A stretch of 64,000 nt of DNA from Candidatus Latescibacterota bacterium (GCA_964291625.2 OZ220089.1:3552001-3616000), one strand, 5' to 3'; numbered from the stretch's first letter, positions 48,737-58,723 are shown. Translations and numbers: made by a program. The notes: generated from the letters alone by a model not told the origin.

Positions 48737-51448
48737 TCACCCCTGTGCCCGCGTGTGCAAATCCCTCAGAATCGCCAGGTTCCGCCGGATGTCCCGCGCA
48801 ACCTCGGCGACCTCCTGAGCTACCAGGGGCGTGCGGCCGAGTTCCTGTTCCAGCGCGGTGGTCAACGGCAGGAAGAGCTTCGCTGATGGAGAGCCCTGGA
48901 GAAGCTCGATCATGGGCTCCGGGCCGAGCCTGATGCTGAAGTGCATCAGTTCGTAGGAGCATTCTTCAGGCAGAGTCTCAAACTGGGGAAGGATCTGGAG
49001 GATCTCCTTGATCTCCCTCAGGCAGCAGGTCGGATCACCGCTACGCAGGCTGGCCTTGGCCCGGGTGAGGTGACCGCGCCAGCGGTTCTCCAGCGATTGC
49101 GTGTTGCTCTCGGCGAGCACCCGGCCAGCGGTAGACGCGGCTGCATCGTACCGCCGGCAATCCAGCTCGAGGTCGGCTTTCTCGAGGAGCGCCTGCTCTA
49201 CCCGGCCACGCAGTGAGGGTGAATCATCTCCTCCGAAGCGCCGCACCACTTCCTCCAAGACAGCCAGGCCTTCCTCCTCCCGGTTCTGTTCCCCGAGTGT
49301 CATCCCCTTGTAGGTCAAGGCCACTGCCAGCGGCTCGATGAGGGCGGGGTTCTTGCTCTCACCGAAGCGCTGTATCACCTCCTCATAGGCGGCCAGCTCT
49401 TCCTCCGGTCGGTGCAGCTCGCCAAGTGTGGCGCCCCTGTTGACAAGAGCATTGGCAACCATCTGCAGATTGTCCGGTGTTTCGCTCTCCTCGAATCGGC
49501 GCACCACCTCCTCGTAGACGACCAGCGACTCCTGGGTCCGGCCCAGCGCGCCGAGGGCAGCACCCTTGTTGAGGAGGGCCCTGGCGAGCAACGCCAGATG
49601 TTCCTCCGTTGCGCTCTCTCCGAGCCGCCGTTCCACCTGCTCATACGCGGCCAGTGCCTCCTCCGGTCGGTTCAGGATGGCGAGGGCGACGCCCATGCAG
49701 AAGAGAGCTGCGGCGACCTGCTCAAGAACCTCTGGCAAGGGACACCCGCCGAATCGCCGCACCACCTCCTCAAAGACGGCCAGGGATTCCTCCGTCCGGT
49801 CCAGTTGGGCGAGAGTGACCCCCTTGCTGAGGAGGGCGCCGGTGACCATCTCCACATCCACCTCCGTATCCCCGCCGAATCGCCGTTCCACCTCCCCATA
49901 GGCAGCCAGTGCTTCCTCATGTCCCGCAAGTGCTTCCTCCCATCGGCCCAGTTCTCCAAGAGCCTCCCCTCTGCAGTAGTGGGCTATGGCGACCACTTGG
50001 GAGACCTCGGGTGACCGGCTGTTCCCTAACCGCCGCACGACCTCGTCCCAAGCGGCCAGCGACTCTTCCGGGTCTTTGGCCTGCAGCTCGAACGCTCTGT
50101 GCAACAGCGGCCTCGCAGCCGCCAGCTCTTCGAATTCGTCTTCGGGAAGGAGAGCAAGCAACTCTTCTCGGTGCCTGGCCAGGACCGGCAGTTGCGCCAG
50201 TTGGTCAAGTGCCGTCCAGTACAGCGATCGACGCTCCCCGTCCAGACCGTGCGCCTCCCGGGCGATTCCCTCGCCAATCTCCTTCAACTCGGACCGGGAG
50301 TAGAACGATTCCATGAACTTGATGAGGGCCTGGATCAGGGAATCCGGACCGCCATTGCGGCGCAACAGGTAGTAGATGTTGTACAGGCGCTCGGTCAGGT
50401 AGTACTGCTTGCGCCGGAGGGTGCCGCCCGTCACCTGGACGACGCCCCGCTCGGCGAGGCGGGTGAGCTGGGCGCTGCACTTGCTCGTGTCGACGCGGGA
50501 GCGCTCCGCGATCTCCCTCGTGGTCGCGGGCTTCCACAGGTCGGCCAGCGCTAGGTAGACCCGCCGCTCCTGGGCGGGGAGAGCCTCTATGTGGCCCTTG
50601 AAGTACTCCGTGTGCTCGTCCACGAGATCGAGGAGGTCGTCCATCAGCTCGCGGAAGGAGAGCCCCGCGCCGAAGCGGGCCACGATGGCGACGAGGCGGG
50701 GGCTGCCGCCGGTGAGGATCTCCAGAGGGCGGATCGTCTGGCGCGGGGGAGGCGAGCCGGAGAGCGTTGTCCACAGCTCGGTGCACTCCTCGGTGTGGAG
50801 AGGTTGCAGCGTGCGCACGCGGAACAGGTCGTAGAGGGCGTGGTCCGGTTCGTCGATCTCGGCGAAGCGGCTGGTGGCGCTGGCGAGCAGGATGATGCGC
50901 GGCTCGGTCTGGAGGATCTTGCGCAGCCGCCAGCTGGCGTCGCGGTCCGACATGTCACGGAAAATCGAATTCAGGTTTTCGACCATCAGTACGAGCCGCT
51001 TGCCCTCGCGGTCGGAGAAGTCGAGGAGAGCGCCGAGGCAGCGGTCGCCGAGCGTCTGTTCGTCCCGGATGGTGCGCAGGTCCTCCAGGGTGCGGTGCAA
51101 TTCCGGGGCATCGTCCCCGTCCGGCGCCTGATCCGCCAACCGGGAAAGGGCTTCGAGCCAGAACTCCCCGGCGCTGGTGACCTCGTAGCTCTCCTCGGCG
51201 AAGACGACGGGGAAGAAGTTGCGCGATAACTCCGGATCCCGGCGAACCTCGGCCGCCACGCGCAGGAGCAGGCTGGTCTTGCCGCTGCCGCGCGGGCCGA
51301 TGACGATCTGATGCTGGTTCGACGTGCCGGTGCATCCGCGCAGCATCTCGACCAGGGAGTCGAACTCGGCGGTGCGTACGCAGAACGAGGCCGCCAACTC
51401 CTCGTCGGTGAGGAAGCCCGGGTTGTACTTCCTGACGGGGGCGGTCAT
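48737..51448 (-). CDS. STAND-like P-loop ATPase with winged helix and TPR repeats
   Basis: Walker A GPRGSGKTS, Walker B-like LVLMVEN, TGGSPR, wHTH ATTREIAERSR..CSAQLTRL, multiple ~45-aa TPRs. Confidence 0.8.
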   Translation of the reverse strand: MTAPVRKYNPGFLTDEELAASFCVRTAEFDSLVEMLRGCTGTSNQHQIVIGPRGSGKTSLLLRVAAEVRRDPELSRNFFPVVFAEESYEVTSAGEFWLEALSRLADQAPDGDDAPELHRTLEDLRTIRDEQTLGDRCLGALLDFSDREGKRLVLMVENLNSIFRDMSDRDASWRLRKILQTEPRIILLASATSRFAEIDEPDHALYDLFRVRTLQPLHTEECTELWTTLSGSPPPRQTIRPLEILTGGSPRLVAIVARFGAGLSFRELMDDLLDLVDEHTEYFKGHIEALPAQERRVYLALADLWKPATTREIAERSRVDTSKCSAQLTRLAERGVVQVTGGTLRRKQYYLTERLYNIYYLLRRNGGPDSLIQALIKFMESFYSRSELKEIGEGIAREAHGLDGERRSLYWTALDQLAQLPVLARHREELLALLPEDEFEELAAARPLLHRAFELQAKDPEESLAAWDEVVRRLGNSRSPEVSQVVAIAHYCRGEALGELGRWEEALAGHEEALAAYGEVERRFGGDTEVDVEMVTGALLSKGVTLAQLDRTEESLAVFEEVVRRFGGCPLPEVLEQVAAALFCMGVALAILNRPEEALAAYEQVERRLGESATEEHLALLARALLNKGAALGALGRTQESLVVYEEVVRRFEESETPDNLQMVANALVNRGATLGELHRPEEELAAYEEVIQRFGESKNPALIEPLAVALTYKGMTLGEQNREEEGLAVLEEVVRRFGGDDSPSLRGRVEQALLEKADLELDCRRYDAAASTAGRVLAESNTQSLENRWRGHLTRAKASLRSGDPTCCLREIKEILQILPQFETLPEECSYELMHFSIRLGPEPMIELLQGSPSAKLFLPLTTALEQELGRTPLVAQEVAEVARDIRRNLAILRDLHTRAQG

Positions 51449-52701
51449 CGCTGCGCGAGGGGGACGAAGTGCCCGCCGTGCCGGCCGCGCCACCAGTCTT
51501 CGAGCAGGCCGGAAACAAACCGGTAGCCGTCTCCGTGCCGCTCCAGGTACCCATCGTGTTCGAGCACGCGGAGCACGTCTTCGAGTGGGACCGGATCCGC
51601 CTCCGCCTCGTCCTTGGAGCCGCCTTGGAGATACTCGTGATACCGGCGGATCGTATCGCCACTCAGCAAGCCGTCATTGACGGCGGCTTCGGTCAGAATC
51701 TCCAGGGCGATCCGATACCCCTCCCTTCCGAGCACCATCCTCAGCCGGCCCTCGTAGTGCTCCAGGTCCATCTGCCCGCGGACGCCGAGCATCTCGTTGG
51801 TGTACACGCGCTCCACGTCTTCCATCGTGGCTTCGCGCCGGCCGGTGCGGCGCAGGTCGTCGTGGAGGTTGTCGAAGAACTGCTGCACGTGATGGGGGAT
51901 CAGACACCGCAGCCGCCGGCACATCTCCCGGCGGATGTCGAGGGGAAGGTCGAGGCCGTAGGTCCGAGCCAGTTCCGCGAGGCAGGCGGCTGCCGTCTCC
52001 TCGTCCCAGGGCTTCAGGTCGAAGGCCGAGTGGATGTTGGCGTGAGCGCTGAGCCCCGCCTGTTCCAGGATCGGCTCCAGGCTGACACTGCCGGCGAGGA
52101 TCAGGATGACCCGGTCCCGATGGGTCTGGCCGTTCTTGCGGAGCCAGGCCATGAACTCGTCCACCGCCTGCCGCCGCTCCGGGGTGATGCGGTGGTCAGG
52201 CCCCTTGAGCAGCCTGTTCACGAGGATCGGCAGCTCGTCGATGGCCAGCACCACAGGCCGGTCGCTCTCGGCCAGGGCGGCGAAGACCTCGTCCCCCTTC
52301 TGGCGCCAGCTTCCGGCGTCGATCCCAGCGCGGAGCTTGACCTGGATCTCACCGACGGCCACCGAGTCGACTCGATCGCCGATGTCTCTCAGGGTGTTGG
52401 CGAATCCGGCCTTGATTCCCGGCCAGGCGCCCCTCACCGACCTTGACCGGGCCCCGATCTCGGCGATGGCGTCGGCCGGGGCGACGGCGTCCTCCAGATC
52501 GACGAAGACCGTCTCGAAGCGGCCATCTTCGTCCAGGCGGCGCAGCAGCTCCCGGACAAGGCTCGTCTTTCCCATCCGCCGCTGGGCTGTCAGCAGGGTA
52601 TGCGTGCCGTTCCTGACCCGCTCGGCCAGGGCTTCGAGCTCCACCTCCCGGTCGAAGAACCGGTCCCCGTCCACCCAGTTGGCCCCTGCTTTCCTCAGCA
52701 T
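51445..52701 (-). CDS. AAA/archaeal-type ATPase (STAND-like), translationally coupled to the TPR ATPase
   Basis: FFDREVEL, AQRRMGKTS, VVLAIDE, LAGS, C-terminal LEHDGYL..F..GLLEDWW; ATGA overlap. Confidence 0.8.
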   Translation of the reverse strand: MLRKAGANWVDGDRFFDREVELEALAERVRNGTHTLLTAQRRMGKTSLVRELLRRLDEDGRFETVFVDLEDAVAPADAIAEIGARSRSVRGAWPGIKAGFANTLRDIGDRVDSVAVGEIQVKLRAGIDAGSWRQKGDEVFAALAESDRPVVLAIDELPILVNRLLKGPDHRITPERRQAVDEFMAWLRKNGQTHRDRVILILAGSVSLEPILEQAGLSAHANIHSAFDLKPWDEETAAACLAELARTYGLDLPLDIRREMCRRLRCLIPHHVQQFFDNLHDDLRRTGRREATMEDVERVYTNEMLGVRGQMDLEHYEGRLRMVLGREGYRIALEILTEAAVNDGLLSGDTIRRYHEYLQGGSKDEAEADPVPLEDVLRVLEHDGYLERHGDGYRFVSGLLEDWWRGRHGGHFVPLAQR

Positions 52702-52715
52702 CTCCGTGCCCTTCC

Positions 52716-52779
52716 CAACGTATCCGTTGGCAACGATCTTGTTGGCAACGAATTTGTTGGTAAGGCCGGGAAATGTCAA
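52716..52779 (-). promoter_or_regulatory. TTGACA followed by three tandem 15-bp palindromic operators
   Basis: CAACGTATCCGTTGG, CAACGATCTTGTTGG, CAACGAATTTGTTGG (52716-52760); TTGACA on minus strand at 52779-52774. Confidence 0.75.
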
Positions 52780-52849
52780 GGGGGGCTATTGCCCGCGTCC
52801 CGAGAATTCGCAGCAGCTGCCCGAATCGGCCGCAGGGCGCGGCCGTGGA

Positions 52850-53601
52850 TCAGATCCAGTCCTGGGGATCTTGTGCCAGGATGACTTCGCTCAACGGGGC
52901 AAAGAGGACCGGCCGGTAGTGTAGAAAGGGACCAGCCGGCCCGTCTCATCCGGCTTCAGTTCAGAGCGCATCCAGTCACTCAGCATCTCCGGATCGCCGG
53001 CATCCTCGACTTGCCTCCACTCTTCCCCCAGGCCGTTCCATCGTTTCTCGCGCGCCGACCGGAGCCGTTCCGAGTTGAGGTTCAGAATCTCGATGGTGCG
53101 AGTCACGCGGTCGGGGGGAAAGCCGGCCGTGCCGCATGCGCTTTCATCGGCCTCGATCAACCCGTTGTCGATCACCCGCAGAAGCGACGGCAACGCGGGA
53201 AGGCCCCGGGGGTCGACAAAGCGCTCGTCGCTCTGATTCCCCTTCGCCTGGCCGCAGCTCGGTTTCCCGCGCTTGCGATTGCCCTCCTCCGAGTCGGGAA
53301 CCGAAAGGGCTGTACCAGGACAGCAGGCGACCATGTTGGCTATGTCGAGGGCCTTGGCTTGGCCCGATTCGGCGTCGCTCTGCGGGATCACGTGCTCCAC
53401 CTGACGATGCCGTCCACCAATCGCAATCTCGCAGTAGGCGCAGAGGCCGCGCTGGCTCAGGGTCAGTGATTCCCTGAGTTCCTCGTACGATGCTCCGGAA
53501 GTGTGAGAACGGAACTCGACCCAGTTTGCCTTCGCGCCGACGGAAGCGAGGTATGCGGCCAGGCCGGGAGTCGGGTCGTTGACTTCGCGGATCTTCTTCA
53601 C
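52850..53601 (-). CDS. HNH endonuclease, PtuB / retron-associated TIGR02646-like; probable C-terminal frameshift near 52905
   Basis: QRGLCAYCE, VEHVIPQS, NMVACC, SCGQAKG, TIEILNLN; an alternate frame continues FAPLSEVILAQDPQDWI* to 52850. Confidence 0.75.
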
Positions 53602-54899
53602 CTCGACTCGAACCGCTGGCTGAACAGCTTGCGCCGCCGGATCTCGAGGTCGGCACGATCGAGGGCCGGATCCTGGGGGGACATGTCCTCCAAGCGCGTC
53701 CGCAAGTCCTGGGCTTCCTTGGATTCCCATTGTTCCTCCCTGATCAGATGCCGGTAACGATCCAGGGTCTTTGTGAAGTCGTTCTCTGGCGGCCGTTCGC
53801 CTACGCCCATCACCACGGATAGAACGTCGCCGGCCTCGGCTCCGAACGTCGGCCCGGCCGGGGCCCCGGCGACGACGCGGTCGCCGTCGTGAGAGAGTTC
53901 CACGATCCCGTGAGGCTCGACAGTAGTCAGTACCTGCGGGCTGTGGGTTGATACGATGAACTGGGAGTTCGGAAACGTGCGCCTGAGATCGCCAAGGATC
54001 CGCTGCTGCCAGCTCGGATGCAGATGCAGTTCCACCTCGTCGATCAGGACGATCGCTTCGGATTCGAGGGGGTCGTCGAGATGGGGGTTTCCCTGGGCCA
54101 TTCGGCGAGCGAGGTCCGCGGCGAGGGCAAGCATTATGCGGTAGCCGCCGCTCAACTGGTCGAGGGAGAGCTTCTTCATCCCTCCTTGTTGCGGTCTCAC
54201 GGATACTACAAGCTGGAGCGGATTCAGCTCGGTGCGCGGTTCGGACACCTCAGGGAGCATGGAGGTAATCGCCTGGCGAACCGTGGACAGATCGTCCAAC
54301 TGGTATTCGAAATCGCGCCGCTCCTTCTGTTCCCTCAGCTCCTCGTCTTCCTTGATAAAAAACCAGCCCAGGAGGCCCTTGAAGTCCGTGCGGGCAGACA
54401 AGGCTCCTTCCAAGGCAGCGAACCGGACGAATGGACTGACAGTCTTGGGTTACCGTGGCGCCTTCCGCACACCCGAGACGTTGCGGTCGGTGCTGTAGAA
54501 GGCAACGATCGGCAGATCGCCAACTGGCTCTTGTACGTCCGCATTCCGGGGCAGGCCCATGCTTTCCAGCAACCTGCCAAGGCCAACCAGTCTCTTGGCC
54601 ACCGCCCTGTCATCACCCTGCTTTCCCCCTTGTCGTTCCCAGGTGGTTCCATCGGTTGCGGTGAGCGATACGCGCGGAGCCTCCGCGCCAGTGCGTTGAT
54701 CCTCCTCGGAGAAGTCAAGGCCCGATCTGTCCTGAGGCAGCAAGTCCGAGATCGCCCCCAGGCCCACGGCGATCGCGCTCAAGACACTTGTCTTGCCCTG
54801 TCCATTGGGGCCGTAGAAGACCGTCAGGGACGGGTCGAGGGGGAGCGTGAGCTGCTCGATGGCGCGGTAGTTCTCGATCTCCACGGATTTCAGCTTCAC
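53598..54899 (-). pseudogene. PtuA-like ABC/AAA ATPase interrupted by an in-frame TAA (54450-54452)
   Basis: IENYRAI, GPNGQGKTS; after the stop, same frame: QLSGGY, LIDEVELHLHPSWQ, QFIVSTHSPQV; coupled to the HNH gene. Confidence 0.8.
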
Positions 54900-54990
54900 G
54901 GTAGCCTCTCTTCCGCTCGGCGCTCGGTCAGAAACCGCTATATCCGCCCACCAGGATAGGCGAGATGGGCCATGAGAAAGATAACCACCC

Positions 54991-55719
54991 TCACTCCACC
55001 GAGCCCTGCCCCAGCGGCTTGACCACCAACTCCGAGATCACCACCCGCGGAGGCAGCGCCGCTACGTAGATCACCACGTCGGCGATGTCCTCGGGTTGCA
55101 GGATCCGCGCCTTGTGCTCGTCGGAGACCTTCACCGGCCGCTGGTCGAGGATGGGGGTGTTGATCTCGCCGGGGGAGATGACGCTGGCGCGGATGCCGTG
55201 CTTCGCCTCCTCGAGGTTGACGGTCTGGGTGACGACGGACATGGCGTGCTTGGCGGCGGAGTAGGCGGCGCCGGCGAGGACGCCGGGGGCGGTGCCGGCC
55301 ACGGAGGAGATGGCGATCACGAGGCCGTCCCGCTGGCGGCGCATGATGGGCAGGACCTCGTGGAGGGTGTTGAAGGCGCCGGTGGCGTTGACGTCCATCT
55401 GCAGGTCCCAGTTCTCCGGGGAGAGCTTCTCCAGGGAGCGGTCGACGACGTTGACGCCGGCGTTGTTGACGAGCACGTCGACGCGGCCGAACTCGCCCAG
55501 GGTCCAGTCGACGACCTCCTTCACGCGGGCCCGGTCCCGGACGTCGCCGGCCATGGGGTGGGCGCCGTCGCCGGCCTTGTCGCAGGCGGCCCTCAGCCGG
55601 GTCTCGTCGCGGCCCATGGTCACCACCTGGGCGCCCTCGCGCACGCAGCCCTCGACGATGGCGGCGCCGGCGCCGGAGCCGCCGCCGGTGACGATGAATA
55701 CCTGGTCCTTGAGCTTCAT
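54991..55719 (-). CDS. Short-chain dehydrogenase/reductase
   Basis: TGGGSGAG, VNNAG, YSAAK, PGEINT. Confidence 0.9.
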   Translation of the reverse strand: MKLKDQVFIVTGGGSGAGAAIVEGCVREGAQVVTMGRDETRLRAACDKAGDGAHPMAGDVRDRARVKEVVDWTLGEFGRVDVLVNNAGVNVVDRSLEKLSPENWDLQMDVNATGAFNTLHEVLPIMRRQRDGLVIAISSVAGTAPGVLAGAAYSAAKHAMSVVTQTVNLEEAKHGIRASVISPGEINTPILDQRPVKVSDEHKARILQPEDIADVVIYVAALPPRVVISELVVKPLGQGSVE

Positions 55720-56555
55720 TCCACCACCTCCTCGCCGAAGATCTGGGTGCGGTTCATGATGCGGCGCTGATCGTCGGGGAAGGGCAGACGCCGGTGGCTG
55801 GTGGGGCGGTTGTCCCACATCACCAGGTCGCCCACCCGCCACTGGTGGGTCCAGACGAACCGCGGCTGGTCCATGTGGGCGTAGAGTTCGGCGAGGATGG
55901 CGCGGCTCTCCTCCTCGCTCACCCCGTGGATGTGGTGGGTCAGGTGAGGGCTCACGTAGAGGGACGGCCGCCCGGTCTCGGGATGGCGCCGCACCACGGG
56001 ATGGATCGTCGGCTCGGGGGGGTTCTGCTCGTCCACGTGGTGGCGGTGCACGGCGCGCAGCTTGCGCACCTCGGCCTGGCGCTCCGGCGGCAGGGCGTCG
56101 TACGCGGCGCGGCCGTCGCACCACTGGGTGTCGCCGCCGGCGGGGGGGATCTCCACGGCGTAGAGCAGCGAGATCGTCCCCGGCCTGGGCAGGTAGGAGA
56201 GGTCGGAGTGGAAGTCGATCAGCTCGCTGCCGAGGGCGCCGATGGGCTCGCCGTTCTCCTTCACGTTGGAGATGATGAAGATCTCCTTGACGCGGCGCTC
56301 GCGCTGCTTGCGCACGTGCTCCACGGGCCGGCCGAAATACGACGTGAAGCGCACCTGGTCCTCGTCGGTGATGCGCTGGTCGCGGAAGACGAGGACGCAG
56401 TGTTCGAGCAGGGCGGCGCGCACCTGCTTCACCTGCTCCGGGGTCAGCTCGCGGCCGAGGTCGAGGCCGCGGATCTCGGCGCCGAGAGCGCCGCCGGAGG
56501 GCCGAACGCGCAGCTCCGCGCCGGTGGTGACGGTCATGCCGTTCTCCTCAGACAT
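55716..56555 (-). CDS. TauD/TfdA family dioxygenase
   Basis: LGAEIRGLDL, FHSD, GGDT, HPVVRRHPETG, WDNR..H.R. Confidence 0.9.
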   Translation of the reverse strand: MSEENGMTVTTGAELRVRPSGGALGAEIRGLDLGRELTPEQVKQVRAALLEHCVLVFRDQRITDEDQVRFTSYFGRPVEHVRKQRERRVKEIFIISNVKENGEPIGALGSELIDFHSDLSYLPRPGTISLLYAVEIPPAGGDTQWCDGRAAYDALPPERQAEVRKLRAVHRHHVDEQNPPEPTIHPVVRRHPETGRPSLYVSPHLTHHIHGVSEEESRAILAELYAHMDQPRFVWTHQWRVGDLVMWDNRPTSHRRLPFPDDQRRIMNRTQIFGEEVVE

Positions 56556-57309
56556 GGCAGGTGGCGAAGGTGGTCTTCAGGGACTCGATGGGGTCGCCCT
56601 TGGGCGAGTACTCGTGGCCCACGTAGCCGTTGTAGCCGGTGGCGGCGATGGCCCGCATGACGGCGGGGTAGTAGATCTCCTGGGTGTCGTCGGGATCGTT
56701 GCGCCCCGGGTTGCCGGCGGTGTGGAAGTGGGAGATCCACTCGATGTTGTCGGTGATCGTGCGGATCAGGTCGCCCTCCATGATTTGCATGTGGTAGATG
56801 TCGTAGAGCAGCTTCACCCGCGGCGAGTCGACGGTCCGGCACAGACGCGCCCCCCACTCGGTGCGGTCGCACTGGTAGTCGGGGTGGTTGACCCGGCTGT
56901 TGAGCAGCTCCATGCACAGGTTGACGCCCTTCTCCTCGGCGTAGCCCTTCACCCGCAGCAGGCCCTCCACGCAGTTGTCGAAGCCCTCCTCGTCGGACCG
57001 GTCCTCGAGGTTGCCGGAGAACGTGATGAGCGACGGGATGCCGTGCTCGACGGCCTTGTCGATGCTCTCCTTCAGCTCCGCCTCGATGCGGCCGTGGTTG
57101 CCGCGGTTGTTGAGGCCGTCGGGCAGGGAGGCGTGGCCGGAGACGATGGCGATGTCGAGGCCGTGATCCCGCACCAGCGGCCAGTGCTCCTCGGGAAGCA
57201 TCTCGACGGAGACGAAGCCGATCCCGGCGGCGGCGGCGATGCCCTCCGCCGGGTTGTCGAAACCGCGGGCGAGGGGGCCGTAGCAGACGGACTGACGGAT
57301 CGAGGTCAC
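56548..57309 (-). CDS. Hydroxypyruvate isomerase-like TIM barrel protein
   Basis: MELLNS, LLYDIYHMQIMEGD, HFHTAGNPGR, YVGHEY. Confidence 0.85.
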   Translation of the reverse strand: MTSIRQSVCYGPLARGFDNPAEGIAAAAGIGFVSVEMLPEEHWPLVRDHGLDIAIVSGHASLPDGLNNRGNHGRIEAELKESIDKAVEHGIPSLITFSGNLEDRSDEEGFDNCVEGLLRVKGYAEEKGVNLCMELLNSRVNHPDYQCDRTEWGARLCRTVDSPRVKLLYDIYHMQIMEGDLIRTITDNIEWISHFHTAGNPGRNDPDDTQEIYYPAVMRAIAATGYNGYVGHEYSPKGDPIESLKTTFATCHV

Positions 57310-57358
57310 GGGCAAACTCCCTTCGGAGACGGGTGAGCGTCGGAGGGAAAGAGGATGG

Positions 57359-58540
57359 TCAATCGGCGGAGGCCCGCAAGTAGCCGAGCTGAAAGCGGGC
57401 GACCTCGTCCTCGGGATCGAGCTCCAGTACCTGGTGGTAGCGGCGGGCGGCGGCCTCGGCGTCACCCTTCACCCGGGCCAGGCTCGCCAGGCCGTGGAGC
57501 AGTTCCTTGCGCTGCGGCAGCCGCTCCTCCAGCGCCAGCAGCTGCATCTCCGCGTCCACCAGGAAGTCGGGCACGTGGGGCTGCCCCGCGCCGCTGCCGA
57601 GGCGGCCCAACGTCCGAGCCACGGCGCCGCCCAGGCCGCCTCCACCGCCCACCCCACCGCCGCCCGGGGCGAGACGGGCTTCCATGCGCTCGATCCCGCG
57701 GCCGGCGCAGCGCAGGAAGGCGGCGGCCGCCTCCTCGGTCCGTCCCAGCTCGAGGAGCACGGCGCCGCGGTTGTAGTGGACGGCGGGATTGCCGGCGTCG
57801 GTCTCGGCCAGCTCGTCGTACACGGCCAGCTCGCCGTTGCGGTCGCCGGCCTCGTCGCGCTCCCGGGCCAGCCGGTGGAGGCGCCGCACCGAGCGGCGTC
57901 CGGTGCCGGTGGTCTCCATCGCCTCCTCGCGGCGCTCGGGGGGCACCAGCAGGGAGGTGGTGGGATCGCCCTCCGGCGTGAAGGGGGGACCCCGCAGGAC
58001 GTGGGGGATGCCGGCCTCGGCGAGACGGTCGGCCAGGGCCCGCACGTCGTCGGCCTCCTCGCTGCGGACGACGATCTCCCATTCGTCGAGGTGGTGGCCC
58101 TCGCCCGCCTGGTCCCGCCAGTCCCGCAACGCCAGGAAGGTCTCCAGGAGGGCCCGCGCCGCATCGGTCTCGTCCACCAGGTACGAGAGGCCGTAGCTCT
58201 CCCCCTCGTAGTTGTGGGCCACCCAGCCCCAGGCCTCGCGCTGCAGGATCAGGGTCTCGCCGAGGCAGTCGGTGAAGGCGGCCACGGCGCCGCGCGGGAC
58301 TTCGTCGTTGATCAGGGCCGCCGCCTCGGCCGCGGTCAGGGTGGTCTCGCGGTCGCGGCCGAGCCGCACGGAGACCCGGTCCATCACCGCCTCCACGGTG
58401 AGGCCGCGGCGGTCCAGCTCGCGGCCGGCCTCGTCGATGAGGGCGGCCGAGTTGGTCTCGCGGTCGACGGTGAGGGCGCGCACGAGAGCGGCGTCGTCGA
58501 GGCTGGCGCAGTGCTCGCGGATGGCCTGGCGTTCCTGCAT
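57359..58540 (-). CDS. TPR-containing hypothetical protein
   Basis: AVHYNRGAVLLELGR..EAA and YHQVLELDPED..ARFQL TPR motifs. Confidence 0.7.
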   Translation of the reverse strand: MQERQAIREHCASLDDAALVRALTVDRETNSAALIDEAGRELDRRGLTVEAVMDRVSVRLGRDRETTLTAAEAAALINDEVPRGAVAAFTDCLGETLILQREAWGWVAHNYEGESYGLSYLVDETDAARALLETFLALRDWRDQAGEGHHLDEWEIVVRSEEADDVRALADRLAEAGIPHVLRGPPFTPEGDPTTSLLVPPERREEAMETTGTGRRSVRRLHRLARERDEAGDRNGELAVYDELAETDAGNPAVHYNRGAVLLELGRTEEAAAAFLRCAGRGIERMEARLAPGGGGVGGGGGLGGAVARTLGRLGSGAGQPHVPDFLVDAEMQLLALEERLPQRKELLHGLASLARVKGDAEAAARRYHQVLELDPEDEVARFQLGYLRASAD

Positions 58541-58544
58541 GCGG

Positions 58545-58715
58545 CTACAGGGGCAGGCGCCGGCGGGGCCGGTCCTCGGCGGGAGCCTTGCCGCGGAAGA
58601 GGCCGACCACCCGGCTGGCCGCCCACCAGATGAGGACGAAGAGGGCGGCGAGGCTGTACTCGAAGAAGTCGGACTGGATCCAGCGGGAGAACTGCCGGTA
58701 GAGGTCCTCGATCAC
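58545..58715 (-). CDS. Small single-TM hypothetical protein
   Basis: GTG 58715: IEDLYRQFSRWIQSDFFEYSLAALFVLIWWAASRVVGLF; fills the gap between co-oriented genes. Confidence 0.5.
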   Translation of the reverse strand: MIEDLYRQFSRWIQSDFFEYSLAALFVLIWWAASRVVGLFRGKAPAEDRPRRRLPL

Positions 58716-58723
58716 GGGAAGCC

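Noticed and set aside
49100-50100. DNA repeats with ~135-bp period
   Set aside because: Explained by the TPR repeats of the ATPase-TPR protein.
52716-52760. Mini-CRISPR or retron msr/msd interpretation of the 15-bp repeats
   Set aside because: Units are too short, have no spacers, and there is no cas or RT gene; the promoter position fits an operator.
47615-54990. Mobile element call for the defence island
   Set aside because: No integrase, transposase, tRNA target or flanking direct repeats were seen; only the composition differs.
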